64,000 bases of DNA from Tubiluchus corallicola (taxonomy: Eukaryota > Animalia > Priapulida), in NCBI GenBank assembly GCA_030141605.1, contig JAQGDQ010000250.1:62001-126000 (forward strand), written 5' to 3'. Positions 22,601-33,403 of this stretch are shown here, piece by piece. Position 1 is the first letter of the stretch. Every line of letters starts with the position of its first letter. The notes beneath the pieces were generated by a model. It was not told the origin of the DNA and searched no databases. It saw only the letters and a program-made list of their open reading frames with translations. A program made the translations under genes and the position numbers.

Positions 22601-25190
22601 TTTGTTGAACTTGCTTCTTTTATAAGATTATTAAACTTAAAGCGAAACCAGACCCAATCTTAAACTGCAGGTCATAACATCCTATTCTTTAAAATATTGA
22701 AAGGAAACATACTAGTTTTTGAAGAATGACTTGCGAAAAGAATGAATTAATTCCACACAAATGCAATTTTGCGTTCGCGCCACTAGTTCCTCGCTGCTAT
22801 AGATGTATTGGTTTGTAACGAACTACACACATTCGACAGCTCATGCGTGAGTGCAACAGTAGATTTGAAATTTGAATTTTTAGCTTAAAATTTGCCGAAT
22901 TTCAATTTTCGTTTTCGCAAATACACAACACACTCATGTAATGTTTTGATATTGAAAGTTACGTTAGTTTGTGATGTCATCACTTGTTGGGCTTGCCTGT
23001 CGTTAATTAAGATTTTAATCTATTATTTAATTATCAGAAACACTTTTGCAGTATTATTGGTGTTAAAAAGTTTCCTTTTTACCATACTTGAAGAAAAATG
23101 TGAAAAATCATCCTGTCTTCCTTTAAACATAGGCTAGCTGCTTTTACATCATAATTTTATTTATTGTAACTAGTAACTATGTTTTTCCTTTCCCCTATAC
23201 ATAGTGACTACTATATAGTTTAGCTCAGAAAACTATTATTGTATTAGTAAAAAGAATAATAATACCATCATTGCAGCCAGTCTGCTATGCTGAAAAGAAC
23301 TGGATGGAAGAGGAATATTCCGGTGGATGCTACGTGAGTTCACTGCCACCTGGTGTGCTAACCAAATATGGCCAGTATGTATGCCCATAGTTGCACAATA
23401 GTTATATCTGATTTTGTTTTGTTAAGCATTTATTAAAATAGGCTCTTTAAAAAGAAATGCCTCTCTATTGTCATGCAAGGTGATAGAAAAACTTTTCAGC
23501 AATTTGGATGCAAAGTGATAGAGAAAAGTTTCAGCAGTTTGGATGCAAAGTGATAGAAAAAAGTTTCAGCAATTTAGATGCAAGGTGATAGAAAAAAGTT
23601 TCAGCACTTTAGACGAAAGGTGATAGAAAAAAGTTTCAGCACTTAGACGCAAGGTGATAGAAAAAAGTTTCAGCACTTTGTACAACTTAAAAATAATGTA
23701 CAACCTTAAAAATAACACGACATAGTTGTATAAACTTCGTGCGCAGAAGCTTAATTAATATGAATGCATGTAATTTTATGTTGTCTTCCCATACAGTGTT
23801 ATTTTTTATCGTATCAGTTTTCCGGTTTATAGTTTCCAGCTCTGAAATATAAGTAGCTAAAATAGTACACAAATAGATGTCGCAAATAGGCAACATTGAT
23901 CAGCTTTGTTCAGTAGAATAGCAACATCCTATACAATACTTTTAAGAGTAGGTCTTTGAATCATGTTCAAGCATTTGAAACTTTCTAACAGTATGAATAA
24001 TGAACAGAATGAATCAACGCATCAATGCTGTAAGTGTCTGTTTTTATCATTATCATCATCCTCATTGCAATTACCATTTCTCTTGTCTTGTGCTAGGATA
24101 ATCAGAAAACCACACGACCGGGTTTATTTTGCTGGTACCGAAACGGCTACGTATTGGAATGGTTACATAGAAGGAGCAATCCAAGCAGGAGAACGAGCTG
24201 CAAGAGAGGTGACACAAGGCTTGAAGTTTAATTACTTGCTTTTGTATAGCATTACATTAATATGCCTTTCCACAATTTCGTTGTGCGCCGTTGCTGAAGG
24301 TCAGAGGTGAAGTGTACCACAGCAACATGTTTTAAGTACAACAGTCACGTGACATGTGGTTAAAGCAAAACCATCTCCTGCGCTAGTTCGCTAACTTCAG
24401 TTCTTGTAGGTGGACTTTACTGTGCTTAGAGTGATTTACTAGCAAAATCTTACTTGGGAATGAGCGAAAATGAACTATGTAAGATTCTAGCTAGCTGTTA
24501 AAACTGTTACTAGTACAACAGAGTGGGCTGTGAGGTATTGTCAAGTATATGCAAATACGTTGTCTGGTACACTTAACCTTTTGATCTTTTCACAATCATC
24601 ATCAGTTGCTGGAATTATGAAAAGGCTTATTCATCTGCTCTAGAATCTTTTACAATTATATAAACATCACAACAGGTAAAATGAAATCAATTTAAAATAG
24701 GGCCTAAAATTATTAAACGCTTTTAAAAACAAGCATGTTTTCAGTGTTCCTGTAATATAGACCACATGCCCTAAATGATCACTTGTCAGTTTAAGTGTGT
24801 ACACAGGTTGTAACACCAGCGGGCTCTCAGTAAATCTTAACATGTAGTTAGGACAACATAAAATCAAATGTCCTAATCTGGTGGAATTAGTTGGATTACT
24901 TTGGTCAAAATTTTGAATCCATTATATCTTACTGATGTCACGAGTAGAGATGGAAGTAGATACACTAGATGTAAATTTCATAACTAATTATGCAGGTGCT
25001 GGTTCAACTGGGTATGGAAAGCGCAGAAAACATTGACATCGTGGAGCCGGTGGATCCCGATGTTCCAGAGACTCCATTCAAACAAGATGTCGTCGAGAAA
25101 TTTCTGCCAAGTCCCAGCCATTTCTTCTTTGCAGTCGCTGTAGGATCTGCTGTAGCTGCAAGTTATCTGATAAACAGATTTTACCTGTGA
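13694..25190 (+). CDS. MAO: Monoamine oxidase (amine oxidase [flavin-containing] A/B family), 13 coding exons, 513 aa
   Basis: Exons 13694-13739, 14821-14915, 15697-15837, 16772-16876, 17491-17582, 18489-18630, 18769-18921, 20181-20340, 21110-21254, 22129-22186, 23277-23374, 24097-24208, 24996-25190 (1542 nt, GT-AG, in frame). Motifs: VIGAGVSGL (FAD Rossmann fold), [48 protein letters not shown] (covalent-FAD Cys motif), [17 protein letters not shown], and a C-terminal hydrophobic anchor. Confidence 0.96.
15112..15568. mobile_element. Kolobok-like MITE (family D) in MAO intron 2
   Basis: TIR AGGACAAGAAAA/TTTTCTTGTCCT with TTAA-like flanks (TTAT/TTGA). Confidence 0.65.
21451..21696 (+). mobile_element. 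tRNA-derived SINE (family 1) in MAO intron 9
   Basis: A box TAGCTGAATGG, B box GGTTCAACTCC, core ACCAAAG.CTT..AAA..GT.ACC, tail TGGAAATAAGTATTGAGTTACTTAAG and a (TAA/TAT)n end. Confidence 0.8.
22638..23125. mobile_element. TTAA-flanked MITE (family E); inverted homolog at ~40099-40628
   Basis: The reverse complement of 22815-22900 aligns with 40340-40430 (GCATGA.CTGTCGAATGT.TGTA). One end reads TTAAAG.A.ACAGG.TGATTTTTCA in both copies. Confidence 0.6.
23473..23680. repeat. Minisatellite, ~35-bp unit, about 6 copies
   Basis: TGCAAGGTGATAGAAAAAAGTTTCAGCAATTTGGA-like units head to tail in MAO intron 11. Confidence 0.9.
24259..24631. mobile_element. MITE family C copy in MAO intron 12
   Basis: Colinear with 26221-26546, with the same outer and inner inverted repeats. 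Confidence 0.75.
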
Positions 25191-26220
25191 GGAGTTTCTG
25201 GGTAGAAATACAGGAATTAGATTAGTACAATTGTATGAAAAATTGAATAATCTAAGCCAGTTTGTATTAGAGGCACATAAAAACATTCATAGTTAATAAC
25301 AACACAACTTTTTGAAAACTTTTACATTAAAAAGTAAAAAGTTTAAGTCAAAAGTGTTTGGCATGATTTTGACTTTAACTTTTTAATGTAAAAGATTTTA
25401 ATAAAGTTGTATTGCTTAACTATAGAAAATTGAACAAGTTACGTGATTATTAAAGTTTCATTATTTTAGTATATTATGATATCACCAGAGTAATAATAAT
25501 GATAATCTGTTATTACTGTTAGACCAAAGCATAAATTACCATAGCATAAAATGACAATATATGAATAGTGAAAGCCAACTAACAAAGAATAATAACATTT
25601 ATGCGTATTAGTTTCATTCTAGTTCTGATTTGGTGAAATAACAACTTCATTTTGTAATGACTAAAATAGCCAAATATTCATTTATATTTGACAGTCACTT
25701 GCATCTAAATAGTGAGTTATTAATGATTTTGTAAAATTTGGCACCGAATTTCACGAATTTCAGGTTTATCTCATAAATATTTCTACACCATAAATACACC
25801 TAATGTAGCTGAAAGTGAATTAGTCGAAATATCAGCAGCGAATATCAATTCGGTTTTTGAGAGCAAAACTGTTTTTCTTGGAAGAGTCTCATTTCATTAC
25901 GGTGATATGGGAAACGGTCAGCATAAAGTCTTAAACATGCTGGAGCTTGAAAAACCGTGCCACTTACTCTTATGAGCATCTCTGCATCGTCATCTGTCGG
26001 AATTTTGAAAACGATCATTCCGAATCATGCTGCAGTAACAAAATCTAGATCGATACACCTCGATATTTTTTAGATCGATAATTTTTTAAATTTTCTACCT
26101 ATTACAAATAATATTTTATATAAGATCATTGTTAAGCAGTGAAATAAAGGAACGTGCTCTTTTTTGAAATTCTATTACATTTTCTATTGAACACGTAATT
26201 TAGATTTTATGGACTTATGT

Positions 26221-26546
26221 AATAAGCCTTTGCACAGTTTCGTTGTGCGAACGCACAGTTACTGTAGGTTAAAGGTTAAGTGTACCACAGCAGCGCGTCT
26301 TAGCTACATCCGTCACGAGACATGATAAAGCAAAGCCCAGTTCAGTAACTCTAGTTGTTTTACGTGGACTTTACTTAATTATGCATTAGTTTGTGTAGGA
26401 TCTTACTTGGAAACGAGAAAACATGAACTAAGTGAGGTTCTATAGTTTTTTCTTAATACAATAGCATGGGCTGCGAGGCCTGGTACACTTAACCTTTGAC
26501 CTCTTCACAATCATCATCAATCGCTGGAACTGTGAAAGGGCTTATT
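26221..26546. mobile_element. MITE family C with outer TIR and inner inverted repeat (best-preserved copy)
   Basis: Outer AATAAGCCTTTGCACAGTT/AACTGTGAAAGGGCTTATT and inner AGGTTAAAGGTTAAGTGTACCA/TGGTACACTTAACCTTTGACCT. Confidence 0.8.
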
Positions 26547-27674
26547 ATGCAATAGCTAGGGTTGGTTTGCCTTGTAATGAAACTTTTTTAATCTTAATAT
26601 GACTTTGTATGTTATATGTCCTAAGAGAGCATATATTATGTCCTGAATTATTGCACTGAGCTGATTTTGTATTATTTAAATTATGCGTATGTTAGCATTA
26701 CTGTGATTACTACTTATATAGGTTTAGTATTTTGTTGTGATTTACCGTAGCGTCGTAGCCAGCTGCAAGGTAACTCAGTGTTGTGACATTCTGCATAAAT
26801 TTTGCAGAAATATGACATTCACGGATTGCGAAAATTTTGCTTGCAAGCTACGTGACTTGCCAGATACAATTATGTCTATGGTTTGTCTCTAAGTTTATTA
26901 TAAGTAACAGATCTAATTAATTGTATGAATCCATTTATGTTACTTTTCTGTGGTTATATTTTATAATGTGTTATAAATCATTAATTTTGCTGAGCTGTGA
27001 TTTCTAGTGATTCTATTTCAACAAGCATGACTGAAAATGAGTTATAACTATAAGATAATAAAGTCATTCTTAAATTTTTTCGCACTATAGCTGTTGTTCC
27101 TGTTTGATTTTGATAAACTGTGAAAAATGCACACTTACACCTATGGTTTGTTAACAATTTTGTGAAAATTGAGTAATTTCCCTGGAAATGTGTAAACTGC
27201 AAGTGAAGTTAAAAATTATCATTTTATATTTGATAATAACCTTAAAACAATTTTTGTGCTTCACACAGGTTTTTTAACTTTGCTGGAAAGGTGCCATTCT
27301 TAAAAAAAATCTATAGGTTGTAATTTTATGAGGATGGAAATCTCACGTCAGCCAGAGTCCAAACAAATGCTAACTATTTGAAAAAAAACTCGATGCTGCA
27401 GTAAATCAATGAAAAATTTAACTACGATGTATATGTAAATAACAAATGTCAATATTTTTTAAACTACAAAAATTGAAAACAAGGGGTTGTGCTACTTTTT
27501 TATGACTTTCATGATTAGAAGCAGGAGCGAAGGGTTATTTATACCTCCAAAATGATAAAGCACATGTGGTGCGTTAGCAGCTTTTGTGAAGGATGCAAAC
27601 TCTCACTGTTATTGTAAGCTGAATTTGAGTCCCAGGACAACCGAAAATGTGTTAACTTGCGCGTCGAGTTAAGA

Positions 27675-28037
27675 AATAGTGTTCTATCCTTCTTGCGCAG
27701 TTGTTGTAGGTCAAAGGTAAAGTGTACCACAGAAACGCGTCTTAACTACAACCGTCACGTGACATATGTGTAAAGCAAAGTATCAGTTCAGTAACTTCAG
27801 TTGTTTTACGCGGAGTTTACTTAACTATGCATTAGTCCGTGTGTAGATTGATTTACTAGCAGAAGCTTGCTTAGGAACAAGAAAAAATTACCTACGTAAA
27901 ATACTAGTTGGTTATTAAAACATTTACTATTACAACAGCACGGGCTGCGAGGTGTACACAAGTGCGTTGTCTGGCATAATTAACCTTTGACCTTTTCAAG
28001 ATCATCATCAATAGCTGGAACTGTGAAAAGGCTTGTT
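27675..28037. mobile_element. MITE family C copy
   Basis: Colinear with 26221-26546; the left outer TIR is degraded. Confidence 0.7.
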
Positions 28038-28987
28038 ATCTCAAGATGTTTACTTTATTCATTTATTTTACCTTATCAGAATGACATTTGTGAAAAAACA
28101 AAGAAAAAAACATGAATGTTGAGATTTTGCAAAATTGAAGCAATTGCCAGCATTAACAACAGCACGTAGAAAAAATAAGAAAAACGTGCAAATAATTAGT
28201 ATAATTTTAATGTCAAGATAATTAATAATGGTGTTATGACCTACAATTAATTAAATTTTGACACCAAACTCGAAGGACAGGAAACTTGAGAAAGTTTGGA
28301 AATTTCAGGCTCAAGATTAATCAAAATAAAAATTAATTTAATCTAAAACTGGAAGTCCTGAATTTGGTTGGCTATCGATCGGAACGCACTTTGTACTGCC
28401 TTGAGCCCTGGGAATTCTTTGGTTTGGTATTCTAAGGGGCCTGTAATGTATAAACAGAAGGTTCGTGGTTCAAGTCTTGGTTGTATTACAAGTTTTTCAA
28501 ATTTCCTGTCATTTTAGCCTAACATCAGAGTTTAATTATTGCGGGTTTGTATCTCCATTAAAGTTTATAATTAACTGCAGAACTAGTTTATTTATTGTGT
28601 ATTCAAATTTTTTACATATTATGATATAAAAAGTATCTATTAAAGCTACACGTATTAATGGCTCCGTTTTTAATTAACGGATATGATATGCATGTGCTTT
28701 AGCTGCATGCCATTGCAAAGCATCTTATAACTTTGGTATCGCCACCTGTTACACCATTAACGAATTAATGGACAACAATATGTACTTTAGACGATTGGGT
28801 GTGTTAGACCTCACTTGAATGGGTTGATTTACTTTTGTGAAAGTCTCTGTCTTCCCGAACATAGGATATAAATAACACCTTCAAACTGTGCTCTTCGGTT
28901 TCATTTTTCGTAAGAATTATTTGAAAGTCCATAAAAGTTCGGTAACCGTTTGCCAGGCAAGTGTCCTAGGTGCTTCTTATATGTATT

Positions 28988-29233
28988 GCGTGGCGGTACA
29001 GCTCAATGACAGCGTACACCTTCCCATCCGAGAGGTCGTGAGTTCAACTCCCAACCGTGTTGTAACCAAAGACTAAAAAAATGGTAGCGACCAAGCTCGC
29101 GGATTTATCGAAGTAACATGCGTATACAAAATAATCGGAAATCATTGGAAATAAGTTTTGAGTTACTTAAGTCTTGTTCCTGGACTATATCATAAACAAA
29201 GTTGTTATTGTTGATAATTATTATTATTATTAC
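28988..29233 (+). mobile_element. tRNA-derived SINE (family 1)
   Basis: Same head, ACCAAAGACTAAAAAATGGTAGCG core and TGGAAATAAGT.TTGAGTTACTTAAG tail, ending in (TAT)n. Confidence 0.8.
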
Positions 29234-29766
29234 CCAAGCACGTGAAAAAGCAGTATAAATTGCTGCCTCTTTAGCAAGCAGATATAACTCTGCTGTAGCC
29301 TGAAATCCTTACACAGATAAACATCCAGGAAATGTATTTATCGAATGTCAGGCAAAATAATGTTGATTTGTTGTTGATGAGTCAATAGTTTACGACGCGT
29401 TGTCGCGCCGCACGGTCGTCGCGTGTCGAGTCGTTTACCAAGTCAACGTATTGCTGTCATCGTAAACTGCAGACGGGTGCGCATTCAATAGCCTGCCAGT
29501 CTTCATGAGGTGCAAATTCCTAAAACATCCATTTCATTTTATGTGCGCTGATACAGCGAGTGAGGAAATTGAGCTTGGATGCGTACATGCGTTCAGGTAA
29601 TGACTACGTTTCAGCTATGTTAATATAGAAATTTTGATGTTAAATATTCGCGCTTTCAGTGGCGTGAACATGACGAGTTCGTTTCTTTTGTTTATGTAAT
29701 TAAGCTAATATAATAGGTGGAACATTGATAATGATAGAACAAAGAACGCAAATAGGCTGAAATACA

Positions 29767-29955
29767 CAGTTAAACTCGTTATACCGATATATAATGCCAG
29801 ATAATCCCTCGCTTGATGACCAGGTTTTTAGCAAAACAAAAAGTTTATATTTGTATAGACGTGTATTTATTAATGCACCTCGTTAAGATGTCAAACTTGC
29901 TACAGCGCCATGTTTTTTGCAATCCCAAAGTAGGAGTTATAACGAGGTTTGACTG
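29767..29955. mobile_element. Short pogo/Tigger-like MITE
   Basis: TIR CAGTTAAACTCGTTATA/TATAACGAGGTTTGACTG, with TA on the right flank. Confidence 0.65.
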
Positions 29956-30452
29956 TATTCAGTTCTGTTTTGTTAAAATGCAATGAATCTCAACGATTTG
30001 CAAGACATGATGTTATATATGCAGCAGTTTCTGATGCCTGGGTGCTCACAGTAGGCAGGTGTAGGTGTTAGTCTCATTACCGAGTACGCCTACAAATATG
30101 AAATGACAGAGATGTCACCAACAACTTGGGTAACACTGGTTTAATTTCCTGCTTTAAATGAAAGGTCCTTTTCGAGAACGTTGACCCGGTCAGAATATGA
30201 TCAGTGTTGTCTTTAACTAGACTAGAATTATTCAGTTTGTCTGTAAAATTACACTAGATTATAGATACGCAAACGTAATATTGATAGGTGAGTACTCCAA
30301 TTCTTTGTGAATGAAATGTCTCTTTAGAATGAATTTGTGCGACGGATTCAGTGTAAGTTCACGTATGCTTTAAAGGAAGAGAAAAGTGGTACCTGAAGTA
30401 GGTTTCAGGAAAAAATCGCCTTAAAAGGTTTTCACACCTGAGACCACAAGAA

Positions 30453-33143
30453 ATGAAAGGCATCAGAACCGGCAAGATTGAATCTGTTTGGTGCAGCATT
30501 GAGAACTATGTAATAGGAACCATATATAGACCACCCAATCTCAAACACAAAATATTTTTCAAATACTTTAGTGAAGAACTAGAACGCAGTGTTTTCGAAA
30601 ATAAAAAAGTTCTTATAATGGGCGATTTCAACCTTGATATTTTAGCTACAAACACACTGGCATACAAAACATACACAGAGCTCTTAAAACAATATAATGT
30701 CCACATACTTAACAACAATAAACCTACTCGAATTTCTAAAACATCAGCCACAGTAATCGACCATTTCATTTCGAATAGTAACAATAATTTCGTAGCATAT
30801 GATACTTTCCCGTGTGATTATTCAGATCATCATTTCACAATATTAGTAGATAAAATGACCCCACAGCATAACAATAACCAAAATTCAGTCTGGCATTTAA
30901 TGAGAGACTACGCCCAATACAACAAACATTCATACTTAATCGACTTAGCAAAAATGAACTGGACCTCCATATATATGACTGATAAAATAGATACACAAGT
31001 TAATATTCTGATACATAATGTCGAATATTGCCTTAATGTACATGCACCATATAAAAACGTAAAGCAAATCCCACAACAAAGCAAACTCAATAACGAAAGT
31101 ACCTGGACAACACCTGAACTTGACAAACTGAGAATAGCAAAAAACAAAATGTATAATATATGGGAAAAGAACAAAACTAAAAACAATCATAACAATTATA
31201 AAAAAAAGAGAAATTTTAATAATCTTAATAAATGCTTGAAAAATAAACATATACAACAACAATGTAAAAACGCAACAAATACTAAAGAAAAATGGAAAAT
31301 TATTAACAATGTAATAAATAAATGCCGTAACAAACTAACGCGTATTGACGAAATTAAGATCAACAACACTGTTATTACAAAACCCAAAGATATTACCAAT
31401 GCGCTAAATGCAATATTCCTGAATCTTGAAAATTTTAAGGGAGTGGCTTCTCATATTAGCAATAATATAATTAATAAATTAAAAAACAAATCGTCTAACA
31501 CAGTATTCTCATTCAAAAGCGTCACAGTAGGAGAAATTAACGACATATTAAATAACCTAAATTCCAACAAAGGGAGTGGACCATCAGATATTCCTATCAA
31601 AATTCTAAAAGATAGTGCATCTGTAATAGCACCGCATATGACTTACATTGCTAATCAGATAATTATGAGAGGCGAATTTCCAACGGTATGTAAAATGGCA
31701 AACGTGACTCCAATCCATAAAAAAGATCCAAAATGTGATCCCATGAATTATCGCCCAATTTCCGTAATCCATTGTTTCGGCAAAGTTTGGGAAAGGGTAA
31801 TTTATGATCAGATAAATTCATATGTAAATAAACATGAACTTTTATCAAAACATCAGTTTGGCTTCCGTAAACACCATTCAACCATTGACGCCTTAATACA
31901 CACAACAGAAAATTGGAGACATAGTTTAGACAACAAGCAATACATTTTAGCAGCATTTTTGGATTTAAGTAAAGCTTTCGATAGCATTAATCACGAACTA
32001 CTTTACGATAATTTAAAACAAATCGGATTAGATTCGATATCGTTAAAACTGATACAAAATTATCTCAAAGATAGACAACAACGAGTAAAGTTAGATACAA
32101 CCAACTTTTCTGACTGGGCCACGTTAAACAGAGGTATACCGCAAGGAACACTACTAGGTCCGTTATTATTTTGCCTATATATAAACAACATATCCAGTGT
32201 ATTAAAACACTCACAAATAACGCAATACGCTGATGACACTACCATCTACATAGCCCATGAAAATGTCCAAACTGCAAAAAATTATTTAGAAGAAGATATA
32301 AAAAATATAAATATGGCATTTAGTCATTACAAGCTAAAAATGAATAATGACAAAACAGAATTCATGATACTGTCACCCTCATTAAATACTAATGATGCAT
32401 CATCAACCACTTTGACCATAGATAATGCTGTAATCAAACAAACTAACAATGTTAAATTCTTGGGCATACAGGTAGACAATAATCTTTCATGGGATGAACA
32501 CTTTAATAACATATACACAAAAATGGCATCTAGCACATCATATCTTCGACAAGTTAAAGGGCAACTAACAAAGGAAACTAAAACATTAATATATAAAACT
32601 TTAGTTCTACCACACTTCTTATATGGATGTACGCTACTTCAAAAAACCAAAAGAGAAAATTACTTAAAATTAAATCTCCTTCAAAACTATGCGTTGAGAT
32701 TGATAGCTGGGTGCTCATACAAACATAAGGCAGGTAGACAAAAATTCAAAGCTTCAACAACTAACCTGAGAAAAACTTTAAAATTCCCAATCATTGAAGC
32801 ACACAAAGAATATTTTACTCTGCTTTTTATATATAAATACATTAACAACATCAGCAAACCATTCCAGAATAACAGATTTACCTTTTTTCCAAATCCTATC
32901 GTTAATTCCAGAACAAGCGATCTAAAACAAATTAGGACAAATACCCACTATGGAACGAACTCTGTAATCAAACAAGCAATTTTACTTTGGAAATCTCTAC
33001 CATTACAGGTTAAACAAATCAAGTCCCTATCAGCATTTAAAACAAAATTAAAATCACTAATATTAACCAGATATGAAATACCATCACACCAGTACGACAA
33101 CATACACACTAATTCAGAATTCATATACCCACGGCCATATTAA
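30453..33143 (+). CDS. LINE ORF2: partial apurinic-type endonuclease plus reverse transcriptase (896 aa)
   Basis: APE motifs IYRPP, MGDFN, IDH, SDH. RT motifs YRPIS, QFGFRK, LDLSKAFD, GIPQGTLLGPLLF, YADDT, KFLG. Confidence 0.92.
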   Translation: MKGIRTGKIESVWCSIENYVIGTIYRPPNLKHKIFFKYFSEELERSVFENKKVLIMGDFNLDILATNTLAYKTYTELLKQYNVHILNNNKPTRISKTSATVIDHFISNSNNNFVAYDTFPCDYSDHHFTILVDKMTPQHNNNQNSVWHLMRDYAQYNKHSYLIDLAKMNWTSIYMTDKIDTQVNILIHNVEYCLNVHAPYKNVKQIPQQSKLNNESTWTTPELDKLRIAKNKMYNIWEKNKTKNNHNNYKKKRNFNNLNKCLKNKHIQQQCKNATNTKEKWKIINNVINKCRNKLTRIDEIKINNTVITKPKDITNALNAIFLNLENFKGVASHISNNIINKLKNKSSNTVFSFKSVTVGEINDILNNLNSNKGSGPSDIPIKILKDSASVIAPHMTYIANQIIMRGEFPTVCKMANVTPIHKKDPKCDPMNYRPISVIHCFGKVWERVIYDQINSYVNKHELLSKHQFGFRKHHSTIDALIHTTENWRHSLDNKQYILAAFLDLSKAFDSINHELLYDNLKQIGLDSISLKLIQNYLKDRQQRVKLDTTNFSDWATLNRGIPQGTLLGPLLFCLYINNISSVLKHSQITQYADDTTIYIAHENVQTAKNYLEEDIKNINMAFSHYKLKMNNDKTEFMILSPSLNTNDASSTTLTIDNAVIKQTNNVKFLGIQVDNNLSWDEHFNNIYTKMASSTSYLRQVKGQLTKETKTLIYKTLVLPHFLYGCTLLQKTKRENYLKLNLLQNYALRLIAGCSYKHKAGRQKFKASTTNLRKTLKFPIIEAHKEYFTLLFIYKYINNISKPFQNNRFTFFPNPIVNSRTSDLKQIRTNTHYGTNSVIKQAILLWKSLPLQVKQIKSLSAFKTKLKSLILTRYEIPSHQYDNIHTNSEFIYPRPY

Positions 33144-33352
33144 TGAAATCATAGTTTTTTTGTTGTTTTTTTTTATTTTTTTGTGTATGGTTGTAAATAT
33201 GTTTGATTTTATTCGTCATTACTGCACAGTAGTTTAGATTGCACTGACGCATTTGCCTTCAGCGGTGTAAGTTTTTATTAACTAACACTGATTGATTATC
33301 TCTGTAAAGTTTTTATCAGTGATTATCAATGTTTTTAATGGCAAATAAAGAT

Positions 33353-33355
<3 letters not shown>

Positions 33356-33398
<43 letters not shown>
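33356..33398. repeat. (TA)n microsatellite, LINE tail
   Basis: Directly follows the LINE AATAAA. Confidence 0.95.

Positions 33399-33403
<5 letters not shown>

Larger units (their letters stand above)
30428..33398 (+). mobile_element. 5'-truncated non-LTR retrotransposon (LINE, CR1/L2 group) with an uninterrupted ORF2 remnant
   Basis: ORF 30453-33143, then a short 3' UTR ending AATAAAGATTAT(TA)n. No ORF1 and no N-terminal endonuclease motifs upstream. Confidence 0.92.

Noticed and set aside
23473-23680. 35-bp repeats as a CRISPR array
   Set aside because: The units are contiguous with no unique spacers, lie in an animal intron, and have no cas genes nearby.
30506-32536. Minus-strand ORFs within the LINE
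   Set aside because: Antisense shadows of ORF2.
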